Source: Candidatus Latescibacterota bacterium (lineage in GTDB: Bacteria; Latescibacterota; UBA2968). From it: 64,000 bases of DNA. The notes below the pieces were generated by a model that was not told the origin of the DNA, did no database searches, and saw only the letters and a program-made list of their open reading frames with translations. Location: positions 4,224,001 through 4,288,000 of the forward strand of contig OZ241986.1 in NCBI GenBank assembly GCA_965204375.1. Direction: 5' to 3'. Of this stretch, positions 19,723 through 32,081 are shown one piece after another; position 1 is the stretch's first letter, and every line of letters begins with the position of its first letter. The position numbers and the translations under genes are program-made.

Positions 19723-22700
19723 ATGACCCTTCTAAAAAACACATTACTGTGCATCGCGCTTCTGGGCATCTCATCTCACCTCTGCGCGCAGGGGACCCAG
19801 GATGAAAACGCCCATTACGAACTCGCCACGCGGATCTTCAACGATGGACTCTATGCCGATGCCGCGCGGGAATACAAGCAATTCATCATCAACTACCCCA
19901 CCAGCAAGCGACTGCCCGATGCTATGCTGCGCGTTGGGCAGGCTCTTGCCAGAGCCGAACAATACGACCTCGCACTCGAAGCCTTTCAGCAATTCATCGA
20001 CCGCTACGCCACCCACATCGAAGTTGGTCGTGCAATGCGCGCACGCGCCAATGCACTCAGCCAACTTGGGGAACACACCCGAGCCGGCGCGGCCTATCGC
20101 GATGTACACGCGGCCTATCCCGCCTCGACAAACGCGCCTCAGGACCTCTTATCAGCCGGTGAGAACTACCACAAAGGCGGTGCCTTATCAGAAGCGGGCG
20201 CAGCCTATCGCCAACTCGCCGAACAATACCCCAAATCATCCCTGATCAACGAAGCCACCTTCAACCTGGGCCGCGTCCTCCTCGAAGAAACGCGCACCGA
20301 AGAAGCCCTCGTGCAATTTCGCACCCTCGCCGAACGTCCCGGTTCTGCAAAACGCAAACCCGACGCCCTCCTCGAAATGGGCAACATCGCCCTATCGCGC
20401 GACAACCTCTCGGAAGCAGAACGCATCTTTGCAAACCTGCGCGCCAGATATCCCGCAACACCCGCCGCCCAGAACTCGCACCTCATCACAGGCGCGTGGC
20501 ACGCCGACAAAAACGACTGGGCAAGCGCTGAAAAAACCTATAACAACGCCCTCGGAACAATACCGAACAACACCCGTCGCCAACAAGCCTTATTGGGAAG
20601 TGCAAATGCAAAACGCAAACTCGGCAAAAGCGAAAGTGCGCTACAGCGCTACGCCGCATTTCTAAGAGCCTACCCCAAAAGCCCTTTCCACGCCCATGCC
20701 CTGATAGGCTATGGCCGCACATTTGCAGACCTGAAAAATTATCGCAACGCACTGGACGCATTCAAAAATCTTCAGGAAAAATATCCAGACACAGACATCA
20801 GCATCCAGGCTTATGGCGACATCGGAAACTTATGGCGCGCGCTTGGAACGCACCAAAAGGCATTATCAGCCTATCAAACATACCTGACCCGCATACAATC
20901 CCCTATCGAAAAAGCCAATGCCCGACTGCACATCGCGCAAATCTGTGAAGACCTGCACTGGTACGACCTCGCAGCCGAAAATTATCGCACCCTGATCAAC
21001 AGCCCAATCGCACACTACGCCGCCGAAGGTCAAATTGGCCTCGCAGGTGTATTTGAAAAAACCGGAGAAACCGCACGCGCACTGCGAGAATATCGCACCT
21101 ACATCAAAAATCACGGCGACGCCTCGCACGCCGAAACAGCGGAAACGCGCATCCAGATCCTCACGGAATACGGCACAGAGACCGACCGCGACCGCACATG
21201 GATCGAACTCCTCGCCACCCTCCCCGGCATCGCCGACGACGCACACACGCAATTAAAACTGGGCAAAACCTTCTACAACCAAAAACACTACAACCGCGCA
21301 ATCACCCACCTCGAAACCGCGCTCGTATCCCAGAGTTTGCCCCTTGAAGCACCCGACGGATGGGCAGAACACATGTACGCGATCGCATCGGCTAACAACG
21401 ATACATCTGCATCAAACACACCCCCACCTACCGACACATCTGACGATACATCCAGTACGGGCGAAAAATCTTTCGCCCCTACATCGGACGACACACTCGC
21501 CCTTGCGGCCGAAGCCGCGCGCGCAGCCGAAGCCGCCCTCGCATTGGCTGACGGGCGAGGCATGCCCTACACGAATGCATCGACCAACAACGATACATCT
21601 GCATCGAACACACCCCTACCCACCGACACATCTGACGATACATCCAGTACGGGCGAAAAATCTTTCGCCCCTACATCGGACGACACATTCAGCAACGCAC
21701 CCCCCTGGGCACCTGAAGCCTATTATCTCCTCGGCAACAGCTACTTAAAACAGGCGCGCAGAGCCACCCTCGAAAACAAATCCCCAGACGAATGGCAAAA
21801 CAAGGGCCTCACAACACTCAAAATACTCATCCAAAAATTCCCCGACAACGACCACACAGAAGACGCCGCACTCGCAGTCATACACACAGAAACAGCCCAC
21901 ATACAACCCGACACCCTCCGCGCACAAACGCGCCTGAGCGCCTATCGCGCATATCGCAAAACACATGCCAACAGCCCCGACCTGCGCCTGAGAATCGCCG
22001 ACGCCCACTTCGCCAACACCCACATCGACAGCGCCCTGAGCCTGTACCTCCAGGTACAAAAAAACGCCGACAACCCCACACTAAAAGAAAAAGCCACATA
22101 TCGCATCGGCCTGTGTCAGGCGCAGCAACAACAACACGCGCGCGCCGAAGAAACCCTGAAAAACTTCCTCTTCGACTACCCCCAGAGCGACCTGTCATCC
22201 CACGCGCAATTTCAACTGGGGCGCATACTCCTCGACCGGGAATTTTACGCCAGCGCCGCCGAAGCATTCTCCGAACTCCTATCCGCAACGCCCTCACTCG
22301 CACTCCAGCGATCTGCCCGCTCGCTCCTATCAGAAAGCCACCACCGCCTGAGGAACTATCAACGCGCCATAGAAATAGACGAACGTTTGATCACCCACAA
22401 CACCACCCCCCAATTATTGCGCCGCCTCGCCAGATCTTATGCACAAAACAACCAGCGCGACAAAGCCATCACAACTTATAACATGTACCTCCGAAAATAT
22501 CCACAAGCACCTGACGCCGACAGCATCGCCTACACGCACGCCGAACACCTGACACATCTCAACCGCACATCAGAAGCCCTCACCGCCTTCCGCGAATTCT
22601 CCAAAAAATACCCCGACAGCCCGCTCGGCATCCAGGCAGACCAATCTGTGGGCGACCTCCTCTTTCAAACGGAAAAATACACCCAGGCCATCGCCGCGTA

Positions 22701-23679
22701 CCAGCGCATACCAGAACCCGCGCGCAACGAAACCATGGCCGCCCGCGAAGTCTTGAGCCTCTACCGCCTCCGGCGCATCAGCGAAGCCAACAAAGCCGCG
22801 GGCCAATTCAAAAAAACCTATAAAACAGCAACCGAATGGATCGCCCGCTTCGAAGTGGAAAAAGGCAAATACCAACTCGCCGTCAAAAACCCCAAAAAAG
22901 CGCGACAAATCTTTGAAGACATCTCCAAAAAATACGCCCGCACCGAAGCAGAAGCCGACGCGCGCTATTACATCATCCGCGCCTATTATAACGAAGGACC
23001 CGACAAAGACGGCAACAACGAACCCTATCTCAACGCACTGGGCACCTTCATAAAAAATTATCCCGACAGCCCGCACTGGGTAGATGCCAACCTCGAACTC
23101 GCCGCATTTTGGGAACGCAACGAAGAATACAACCTGTCTGCACGCGCATATCGCAACGCCATAGAAAAAGGCGTCACCCAATCCGAAAAACCCGACATCC
23201 TCCACAAACTCGCAAAAAATTACAGCAACCTCAACGCTTACGACCTCGCCATCAACTTTGCGCGCCAACTCACCCGAGAATTTCCCCAGCACCGCCTTGC
23301 CCTGAGCGCCCGCATCGACATCGGCACCATATACCTGCCCAACAAAGGCGACCACGAACAAGCCATTGCAGAACTGCGGCCCCTGCTCAAACTCGTAACT
23401 GTGGAAGACGAAAAAGCCAGCATCCAGTATTCCATCGCAGAAAATTATTTTGAACTGGCCGACTACGACAACGCACTCCGGGAATTCTTAATCCTCCGCT
23501 ACAACCAGAACGCGAGACCCATGTGGATCGTATCCGCACAAATGAAAGTAGCAGAATGCTATGCGGCACAGAACAACATCGCACAAGCCATACAAGAACT
23601 CGAAGCCATAAAACGCAGCCACGGCGCAGCCAGCATGTACGGCATTGGCGCGGAAAAGCGCATTCAACAACTAAAATAA
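19723..23679 (+). CDS. Large exported tetratricopeptide-repeat protein (CpoB/BamD-like TPRs)
   Basis: Signal peptide, many F...YP.S TPR motifs, internal low-complexity insert. Confidence 0.85.
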   Translation: MTLLKNTLLCIALLGISSHLCAQGTQDENAHYELATRIFNDGLYADAAREYKQFIINYPTSKRLPDAMLRVGQALARAEQYDLALEAFQQFIDRYATHIEVGRAMRARANALSQLGEHTRAGAAYRDVHAAYPASTNAPQDLLSAGENYHKGGALSEAGAAYRQLAEQYPKSSLINEATFNLGRVLLEETRTEEALVQFRTLAERPGSAKRKPDALLEMGNIALSRDNLSEAERIFANLRARYPATPAAQNSHLITGAWHADKNDWASAEKTYNNALGTIPNNTRRQQALLGSANAKRKLGKSESALQRYAAFLRAYPKSPFHAHALIGYGRTFADLKNYRNALDAFKNLQEKYPDTDISIQAYGDIGNLWRALGTHQKALSAYQTYLTRIQSPIEKANARLHIAQICEDLHWYDLAAENYRTLINSPIAHYAAEGQIGLAGVFEKTGETARALREYRTYIKNHGDASHAETAETRIQILTEYGTETDRDRTWIELLATLPGIADDAHTQLKLGKTFYNQKHYNRAITHLETALVSQSLPLEAPDGWAEHMYAIASANNDTSASNTPPPTDTSDDTSSTGEKSFAPTSDDTLALAAEAARAAEAALALADGRGMPYTNASTNNDTSASNTPLPTDTSDDTSSTGEKSFAPTSDDTFSNAPPWAPEAYYLLGNSYLKQARRATLENKSPDEWQNKGLTTLKILIQKFPDNDHTEDAALAVIHTETAHIQPDTLRAQTRLSAYRAYRKTHANSPDLRLRIADAHFANTHIDSALSLYLQVQKNADNPTLKEKATYRIGLCQAQQQQHARAEETLKNFLFDYPQSDLSSHAQFQLGRILLDREFYASAAEAFSELLSATPSLALQRSARSLLSESHHRLRNYQRAIEIDERLITHNTTPQLLRRLARSYAQNNQRDKAITTYNMYLRKYPQAPDADSIAYTHAEHLTHLNRTSEALTAFREFSKKYPDSPLGIQADQSVGDLLFQTEKYTQAIAAYQRIPEPARNETMAAREVLSLYRLRRISEANKAAGQFKKTYKTATEWIARFEVEKGKYQLAVKNPKKARQIFEDISKKYARTEAEADARYYIIRAYYNEGPDKDGNNEPYLNALGTFIKNYPDSPHWVDANLELAAFWERNEEYNLSARAYRNAIEKGVTQSEKPDILHKLAKNYSNLNAYDLAINFARQLTREFPQHRLALSARIDIGTIYLPNKGDHEQAIAELRPLLKLVTVEDEKASIQYSIAENYFELADYDNALREFLILRYNQNARPMWIVSAQMKVAECYAAQNNIAQAIQELEAIKRSHGAASMYGIGAEKRIQQLK

Positions 23680-23685
23680 AAAACC

Positions 23686-25233
23686 ATGCCCACCGACCAA
23701 AAAGAAGCCCTTATCATCGTCGATCAGCCCACTGCACTGGGCCGGGACCTGCGCGTTGCACTCGAAGAACTCGGCTGGCAAACCCTCGTCACCAACAGCG
23801 TGAGGCCCGCCAGAAAACTGCTCTCAGAAAACCAGTTTGACCTGCTCATCATAGACGAAACCACATTGCCCGAAATGCAACTCGCCGACATCTTATCCGA
23901 CCGACCTGAAAAAATCCCCGTCTTCGTCGTCACCACACAAGACGGCACGCAACTCCAAACAGCCCCTGCATTAGACCCCAATGCCCTGCTCTCCTATCCA
24001 CTCATCCCCGCAGAATTGCAGGACGCCCTGACGCAAAAACGCCCCCGGCCCGACACCACCATCCTCGGTCGCTCGGACGCCATGCAACAAATCCGGGAAA
24101 GCGTGGCACAAATCGCGCCCACCCCCGTCAGCGTACTCATCACAGGAGAAAGCGGCTCCGGAAAAAACCTCATCGCCGAAGCCATCCACCGGCAAAGCGC
24201 GCGCAGCCGCGAACCATTTCTCATCATCAACTGCGGCGCAATACCCGAAACCCTCCTCGAAAGCGAACTCTTCGGCCACGAAAAAGGCGCATTTACCGAC
24301 GCGCGCACGCAGCGGTCCGGCATCTTTGAAGCCGCCAACCGCGGCACCGTCTTCCTCGATGAAATCGGCGAAATGTCCCTCTCTGCACAGGTGCGCTTAT
24401 TGCGCGTCCTCGACGCCAAGGAAGTTACCCGCCTGGGCAGCACCGCCCCAATAGCCGTTGACGTCCGCGTCATAGCCGCCACCAATCGCAACCTGCAACA
24501 AGCCGTAGCCGAAGGCAAATTCAGGCAAGACCTCTACCAGCGCCTTCGCGTCATAGAAATCGAAATGCCTCCACTGCGCACCCATCCCTATGACATCCCC
24601 CTCATCGCACAAAACATCATCCAAAAACAAAGCGCCGAACTGAGCATGCCCCCCATAGCATTTGCGCCCGACGCGATGAACGCACTACAACAATACCACT
24701 GGCCCGGCAATGTCCGAGAACTCATCAACCTCATCGAACGCCTCATGGTCCTATCCAAAACCCGACACATAACCGCCGCGGACCTCGCGCAACACCTCGC
24801 CACATCCCCGGTGGCAGAATCATCTTATCTGCCCGTCCTCGCGGGCAAAACACCTGCAGAATCCGATCGCGACCTGCTCTATTGGGCAATACTCGAAGTC
24901 GCCAAAGACATCAAAGAACTCAAAGCCTATTTGATGCAAAACATGCAAACATCGCCCCCGCCATCTATACCCGTCCCCATCTATGACGCACCCATAGAAG
25001 AAACGGAAATCAAAGAAACCGAAGTAGAGGCAGGTTTTGAGCGGGGTACAACTGCGAAAGCAGTTCAACCTGCCCCTACTACCGAAAAGGACATACGCCC
25101 ACTGCGAGAACTCGAACGCGAAGCCATCGCCAATGCCCTGCGCGTAACCGGAGGACACCGCGAACGCACGGCAAAACTACTCGGCATGGCCGTACGCACC
25201 CTCTACCGCAAAATTGATCAATACGATCTATAA
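23686..25233 (+). CDS. Sigma-54-dependent transcriptional activator with degenerate REC-like N-terminus
   Basis: GESGSGK, ESELFGHEKGAFTDA, FLDEIG, WPGNVREL, Fis HTH. Confidence 0.92.
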   Translation: MPTDQKEALIIVDQPTALGRDLRVALEELGWQTLVTNSVRPARKLLSENQFDLLIIDETTLPEMQLADILSDRPEKIPVFVVTTQDGTQLQTAPALDPNALLSYPLIPAELQDALTQKRPRPDTTILGRSDAMQQIRESVAQIAPTPVSVLITGESGSGKNLIAEAIHRQSARSREPFLIINCGAIPETLLESELFGHEKGAFTDARTQRSGIFEAANRGTVFLDEIGEMSLSAQVRLLRVLDAKEVTRLGSTAPIAVDVRVIAATNRNLQQAVAEGKFRQDLYQRLRVIEIEMPPLRTHPYDIPLIAQNIIQKQSAELSMPPIAFAPDAMNALQQYHWPGNVRELINLIERLMVLSKTRHITAADLAQHLATSPVAESSYLPVLAGKTPAESDRDLLYWAILEVAKDIKELKAYLMQNMQTSPPPSIPVPIYDAPIEETEIKETEVEAGFERGTTAKAVQPAPTTEKDIRPLRELEREAIANALRVTGGHRERTAKLLGMAVRTLYRKIDQYDL

Positions 25234-25484
25234 AGGCAAGGGTGAAGTAGGAAGGGTGAAGGGTGAAATGGGATGAAGCACCAGCTTTAGGGTGGTTGGG
25301 GCGGGCCTTCTCACTTCACACTTCTCACTTCTAACTTCTTTTTTCGGAACCATCGGACGGGGTCGTGGGTCTAACCGTCGAAAATAGAAACTGTATAAAT
25401 GAAGGATGAAGATTGAAGTGTGAAGAAGCACCCCCCTTCTCACTTCTCACTTCACATTTCTCACTTCAAAAAGGAGTACCCACC

Positions 25485-26966
<1,482 letters not shown>

Positions 26967-26977
26967 GGATCTAAATA

Positions 26978-28108
26978 ATGAGCACCTCTGAAGCGCGGCT
27001 CATGATAGCCGCCAGCGAAACCGACGCCGACATGTACTACGCCACGCGCTTTCTCGCGCCCGACCCCTTCATCTTCTTTCAAATCGGCGCAAAAAAACAC
27101 CTCCTCATGTCCGACCTGGAACGCGACCGCGCACGTGTCCAGGCCCAGGTCGATCACGTCCTCTCCCTATCCGAATACCAGAAAAAAGCAAAAAAAAACG
27201 ACACCGATGAAGAACCCTCTCAAATCGATGCCTTAAATGAAGTACTACAGGAAAAAAACATCACCCACCTGAACGTCCCCCGCGCCTTTGCCATAGCCAC
27301 GGCAGACGACCTGCGCGAACGCGGCTACACAGTAGAATTTCCAGAAGGCGCGTACTGGCCCGACCGGGAAATCAAAACCCCTGATGAAATCGAACACATC
27401 CGCGAAGTCCAACAACACACCGAAGCCGCAATGGACGCCGCCATAACCCTTATCCGCAACTCGGAAATCCGCGGCGACCTCCTCTACCACAACGGCGAAC
27501 CCCTCACATCGGAACGCGTCAAACGCGAAATAAAATTTCTCCTCCTCGAACGCGACTGCACAGCCGGTCACACCATCGTCGCCGGTGGCGACCAGGCCTG
27601 CGACCCCCACAACGAAGGCAGCGGACCCCTGCCCGCACATCAGTCCATCATCATCGACATCTTCCCCCGCTCAAACACCACCGGCTACTTCGCCGACCTC
27701 ACCCGCACCGTCGTCAAAGGCGACCCCTCTGCCGACCTCTATAACATCTACGACGCGGTCTTCGCCGGACAAAACCTCGTCCTCGACAGCATCCGCGCAG
27801 AAGCAGACGGCCAGGCCATCCACCGGGCACTCACAGAACTCTTTGAAAACCGCAACTTCGAAACCGGCAACATAGACGGCCGCATGCAGGGCTTCTTCCA
27901 CGGTACGGGTCACGGCCTGGGCCTTGAAATCCACGAACCCCCGCGCATCGGCAAAACCCCACAAACCCTCTGCGCCGGGCACATCGTCACCATCGAACCG
28001 GGCCTCTACTACCCGGGCAAGGGCGCCGTACGCATCGAAGACCTCGGGGTCGTCACCGAAGACGGACTCGAAAATTTAACGACCTATCCAAAATTCTTAA
28101 CTGTCTGA
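26978..28108 (+). CDS. Xaa-Pro peptidase (M24 family)
   Basis: IID, DLTRT, HGTGHGLGLEIHE.P, TIEPGLY, VRIED. Confidence 0.93.
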   Translation: MSTSEARLMIAASETDADMYYATRFLAPDPFIFFQIGAKKHLLMSDLERDRARVQAQVDHVLSLSEYQKKAKKNDTDEEPSQIDALNEVLQEKNITHLNVPRAFAIATADDLRERGYTVEFPEGAYWPDREIKTPDEIEHIREVQQHTEAAMDAAITLIRNSEIRGDLLYHNGEPLTSERVKREIKFLLLERDCTAGHTIVAGGDQACDPHNEGSGPLPAHQSIIIDIFPRSNTTGYFADLTRTVVKGDPSADLYNIYDAVFAGQNLVLDSIRAEADGQAIHRALTELFENRNFETGNIDGRMQGFFHGTGHGLGLEIHEPPRIGKTPQTLCAGHIVTIEPGLYYPGKGAVRIEDLGVVTEDGLENLTTYPKFLTV

Positions 28109-28186
28109 AGCGGTGTACAACTGGTCGTTTTCCAGACCAGTTCATCAGGATTTGCAGGATTAGAGGATGGATTCGCATTTCACGTC

Positions 28187-29920
28187 TCACTCCCCACCCT
28201 CTACGCGAGCCGTAACAACATCAACCCCCTCATACTTTCGATGATGCACCGATGAAGCGTAATGCCGCAAAAGCCGGATCGAAAACTCGTGTTCATCCTC
28301 GGCATACGCATCGTCACCCAGATACGCGATCTGGTCTTCGATATTCTCGCCATCTGAAGCCGCCAAAAACTCAATCTCTGCTGCCCCCTCATCCCTGCGG
28401 ATACTCAGGATCAGCCGCCGCGGTGTACTGGAAGACGCCTCTTCATCCTCCGTCACAAGACTCACCAGCATCTCCTCCCCGACCGAACGCAGGCGGTATT
28501 GACCACGCTCTGACCAACCGTATTTCTCGGCAAACGCAACGAGAAACGCGTCAATTTTGGACAATGCAGACAACTCCAGCGGCACTTGAATTTTCCTTCG
28601 CCGTGAACGGGTCAATTCCAACAAAAGCGTCATGCCAATAACCGCCAGGCTCCCCACCGTAACCCCGCTATCGAGCAACTCGCCCATCAGCCCGTCGAAA
28701 AACCCCGCAATATTCCCAGACGCAAGCCCGAGCATCAGCGACACCGCAATAATGATCCCCTTGCGATGGTCAACCTGATCATCAAACGCCACCTTTGCCC
28801 CTTCCACGAAAAGCCCGCCAAACACAATGACATAAACAGCCGCCAAAACCGGACTCGGAATCGCAATGAGAAAAGCCCCTAACTTGGGCAAAAATGCCAC
28901 CCCTATCATGAACAAACCCAGGTACACACCCACCATCCGCACAGCCACGCCTGTGAGGGTGACATACGTGGCGGTAAGTGCCCAGGGCGTCGTGGCAGAG
29001 GGAATGCCCAAAATGCCCGCGATCAAATTGCCCACGCCATAGGCGTTGAGACCGCCTTGAACAACTCTGAAATCCTGTGCCTGTACTTGTCGGTGAGAGG
29101 CCCTTTGGATCACGCCAATATCCCCAACAGCCTTTACAAATGTTACCAAACCGACAAAAATAAAGGCCGGCAGAAGTGCCCAAAATTCAACGCCAAAGGA
29201 CAAATCAAATCCCTCCCATACGGGCGCGGGAAAGCCAATATAGGCGGCCTCGGTCACACTGCTGTTGTCGTACAAGCCCAAAGGCACGGCGAAAATCAGA
29301 CCCGCCAAAATGATAATACCGACGATCCAAAGCCGCCAGGTTTGTGGCGCGCGCAGAATCACCAATACCCCAACGAGCAAAGATATTGCCATCGTCGCGA
29401 TAACGCGATCAACGGGCAAATCCTGTGTCGATTTCACAACATCATCAAAAAGAAAGGGCGCTGCCGTCCCCGCGACCAACATAACGATCGTACCGCTGAC
29501 GGTTCGCGTAAATATCCGGCGCAACAGCGGAAGGTACGCAGTGAGCACAATCTGAACGAGCGTGGAGACAACCATCAAACTCGCCAGCAAGCCCGGCCCG
29601 CCTTTCTGTAAGGCGAGCGTCGAGATCGCAATAAAGGGGATATTGAACCCCGTCAGAATCAGGTGTTTGGCCCCGATTCGACCAAACCGAAACGCCTGAA
29701 TAATGGACGTGAACCCGCAAGTTATCAAGGCCATAAACACGGCCCACGGCAAATAGGCCCCAGTCTCGCCCGCTGATCGAATGACCACAGTCGTAAACAC
29801 CACAACCATGACGATATTCGGTGACGCCATCTGAATGGCAGAGAATATGGCTACAGACCGAGGACAATCGTCCTCTGGTTCGTAAAGAATACCTTCATTT
29901 ACCTGCCTGACTTCCGCCAT
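28187..29920 (-). CDS. NCS2 (xanthine/uracil permease)-fold protein with C-terminal degenerate HATPase_c/RsbW-like domain
   Basis: G..SIIQAFRFGRIGA, GTIVML, F.PKLGA....IP.PVL; about 135-aa soluble tail; GAGGA SD before ATG 29920. Confidence 0.8.
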   Translation of the reverse strand: MAEVRQVNEGILYEPEDDCPRSVAIFSAIQMASPNIVMVVVFTTVVIRSAGETGAYLPWAVFMALITCGFTSIIQAFRFGRIGAKHLILTGFNIPFIAISTLALQKGGPGLLASLMVVSTLVQIVLTAYLPLLRRIFTRTVSGTIVMLVAGTAAPFLFDDVVKSTQDLPVDRVIATMAISLLVGVLVILRAPQTWRLWIVGIIILAGLIFAVPLGLYDNSSVTEAAYIGFPAPVWEGFDLSFGVEFWALLPAFIFVGLVTFVKAVGDIGVIQRASHRQVQAQDFRVVQGGLNAYGVGNLIAGILGIPSATTPWALTATYVTLTGVAVRMVGVYLGLFMIGVAFLPKLGAFLIAIPSPVLAAVYVIVFGGLFVEGAKVAFDDQVDHRKGIIIAVSLMLGLASGNIAGFFDGLMGELLDSGVTVGSLAVIGMTLLLELTRSRRRKIQVPLELSALSKIDAFLVAFAEKYGWSERGQYRLRSVGEEMLVSLVTEDEEASSSTPRRLILSIRRDEGAAEIEFLAASDGENIEDQIAYLGDDAYAEDEHEFSIRLLRHYASSVHHRKYEGVDVVTARVEGGE

Positions 29921-29981
29921 GATTACATCCTCTAATATTGCGTGGTGCAAACGCAGCCATGACCAACATGGGTTTCGCCGC

Positions 29982-31911
29982 CTACTTGCTCGTGAAGTAA
30001 GCCGACGCGAAAATCAGCCCGTCGTGCAGGACCGCCCATATATGCGCCACATCATCTTCAGCCGTGCGCGGGTTGAAGAATGGGCGTTGGGTCCATTTTC
30101 CTTCCTCAGTGGCGGTAAACTGCACTGCAGTACCGATGCGCCCCGGATTGATCGCAAAGGTGAGAATCGTGTTGTTCGCGTCACCCATAATCAGATACCA
30201 CTGCCCGTCAATGCTCTTCGAACTGTTGTAATACGCCACCGTCGCCTCCAGGCCGTTCTCGTTGTAGTAGGCTATCGCCTCAGCCACATAAGCCTGCGTG
30301 TAGGCTGCCGGGTCTTCCTCCTCTGGGTAGTAGCCCGACGCGAAGATCAGCCCGTCGTGCCGCACCACATAAGTGACCTTCGGCACCTCCTGCAAGGTCA
30401 AGGGATGCGGCCACAGGTAGTTCACCCAATGCCCCTCTTCCGTCGCCTTGGCGATCTCCTTGCCCAACTCGTAGCCGTCTGAACCCACCACATCCTTGAT
30501 GTCCGTGCCGATGAGATGAGGCAATAACCCATGGACGATGTAAAGGTCGTTGGCATCCATAATAAACATATACCACTGCCCCTCAAAACTCGCCACGCTG
30601 TTGTAATAGTGCTTCAGCGCCTCTAACCCGTCGCGCTCATACCGCGCAATCGCCTTTTCGACATACGTAACCGTGTATTCACGCGGGTCGGCGCCCTTCC
30701 AGGCCGGCGGCTCAGCATTCGGATCGGGCGTGTAATAACCCGACGCAAAGATCATTCCATCGTGACGAATCACCCACGCGCTCTTCAGCGCCGGTGACGG
30801 GATGCGGCCACAGATAATCAACCCAGTGCCCTTCTTCCGTCGCCATGGCGATCTCCTTGCCCAACTCCTGACCGTCCGATCCCACCACATCCTTGATGTC
30901 CGTGCCTTTCAGGTGCGGAAAAATCGGATGTGCCAGATAGATGTCGTTCTCGTCAATCAGGAAGAGATAAAACTGTCCATCAACACTCTCCCGGCTATCG
31001 TAGTACGCCACCGTCGCGTCCCGTCCTTCGCGGTCGTACATATTTATCGCCTTCTGCACGTAGTCCCGCGTGAAGTCGGCGAGGTCCTCGCGGACGATGA
31101 AATGGCCGGACACGAATATCAGACCGTCGTAGAGCACCAGGAGGCTTAATCTCGGCTCCTGCTGCTGCGTGACGGGATTAAAGCCGAGGCTTTCAGCCCA
31201 ATGTCCCTCTGCGGTCGCTTGCCCTAAGAAAAGCCCTAAAGTAGTTCCAGGCGCAGTAAAAGTGTTATCCCCAACAAATTGAGGGTACACCAAAGAGGCC
31301 AGAACGGTCTGGTCACCCGCCTGCAGGATCATCATGGTCCGCTCGCCTTCGGCACTCTCCTCGCTGTTGTAATACGCCAGCGTCGCCTCCAATCCATCGC
31401 GCTCGTATCGCGCAATCCCCGCTTCCACATACGCACGCGTCACATCACGCCGATTAGCAGAAGGTGGCATCACACCCGAAGACCCCATGACCTGCGCTCG
31501 TCCTCCAATCGGCAAATCCACCATCACCTCAACACCCGCATTCAACGGAATACTCGACCAAGACCCGATCTCACCACCATCCCGCATAACACGCGCCTGA
31601 TAATATCCACTGCCAGCAGTAATCTCCACGCTCGCCTGACCTTCATCATCCGTCATACCCGACCAATCATAACTCGCCGACTGACCCGCTACTGAACGCG
31701 AAAACTCTACCATCACACCACTGACTGGCGTCTCAGCCTCATGCACCGTCGCCACCACGACCAGAGAATGTCCAGCCACCGCCACTTTACTCAACGGACG
31801 ACCGACCTCCTCGTCTCCTACCTGCGACTGCGTCACCCGATCACCCCCACAACTCCACATCACACCCGCGACCAGTGCAATAGCAAACATACCACAAAGA
31901 CTTCGCAACAT
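29982..31911 (-). pseudogene. Lipoprotein with Ig-like domain and four Cache domains, frameshifted near 30781
   Basis: Lipobox-like VMWSC; the two ORFs (30712-31968, 29982-30890) join into a paralog of 32082-33689; 8-bp deletion relative to the paralog. Confidence 0.8.
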
Positions 31912-32023
31912 AACAACGCTCCTTACAAAATGGTTTTCTCTGCACTCCGAGTTAAAAAAATAAAACAAAATACTTTTCGCAAAATATAAAACCGCACCTT
32001 CTTCAGAGACTGCTGCAAAGCAA

Positions 32024-32055
32024 TGGTGCGTTCTCTCAATTGAGAGAACGCACCA
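32024..32055. repeat. Perfect 32-bp palindrome between the Cache genes
   Basis: TGGTGCGTTCTCTCAATTGAGAGAACGCACCA. Confidence 0.85.
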
Positions 32056-32081
32056 AACACAGCCATCGCGGTTTTAGCCGA

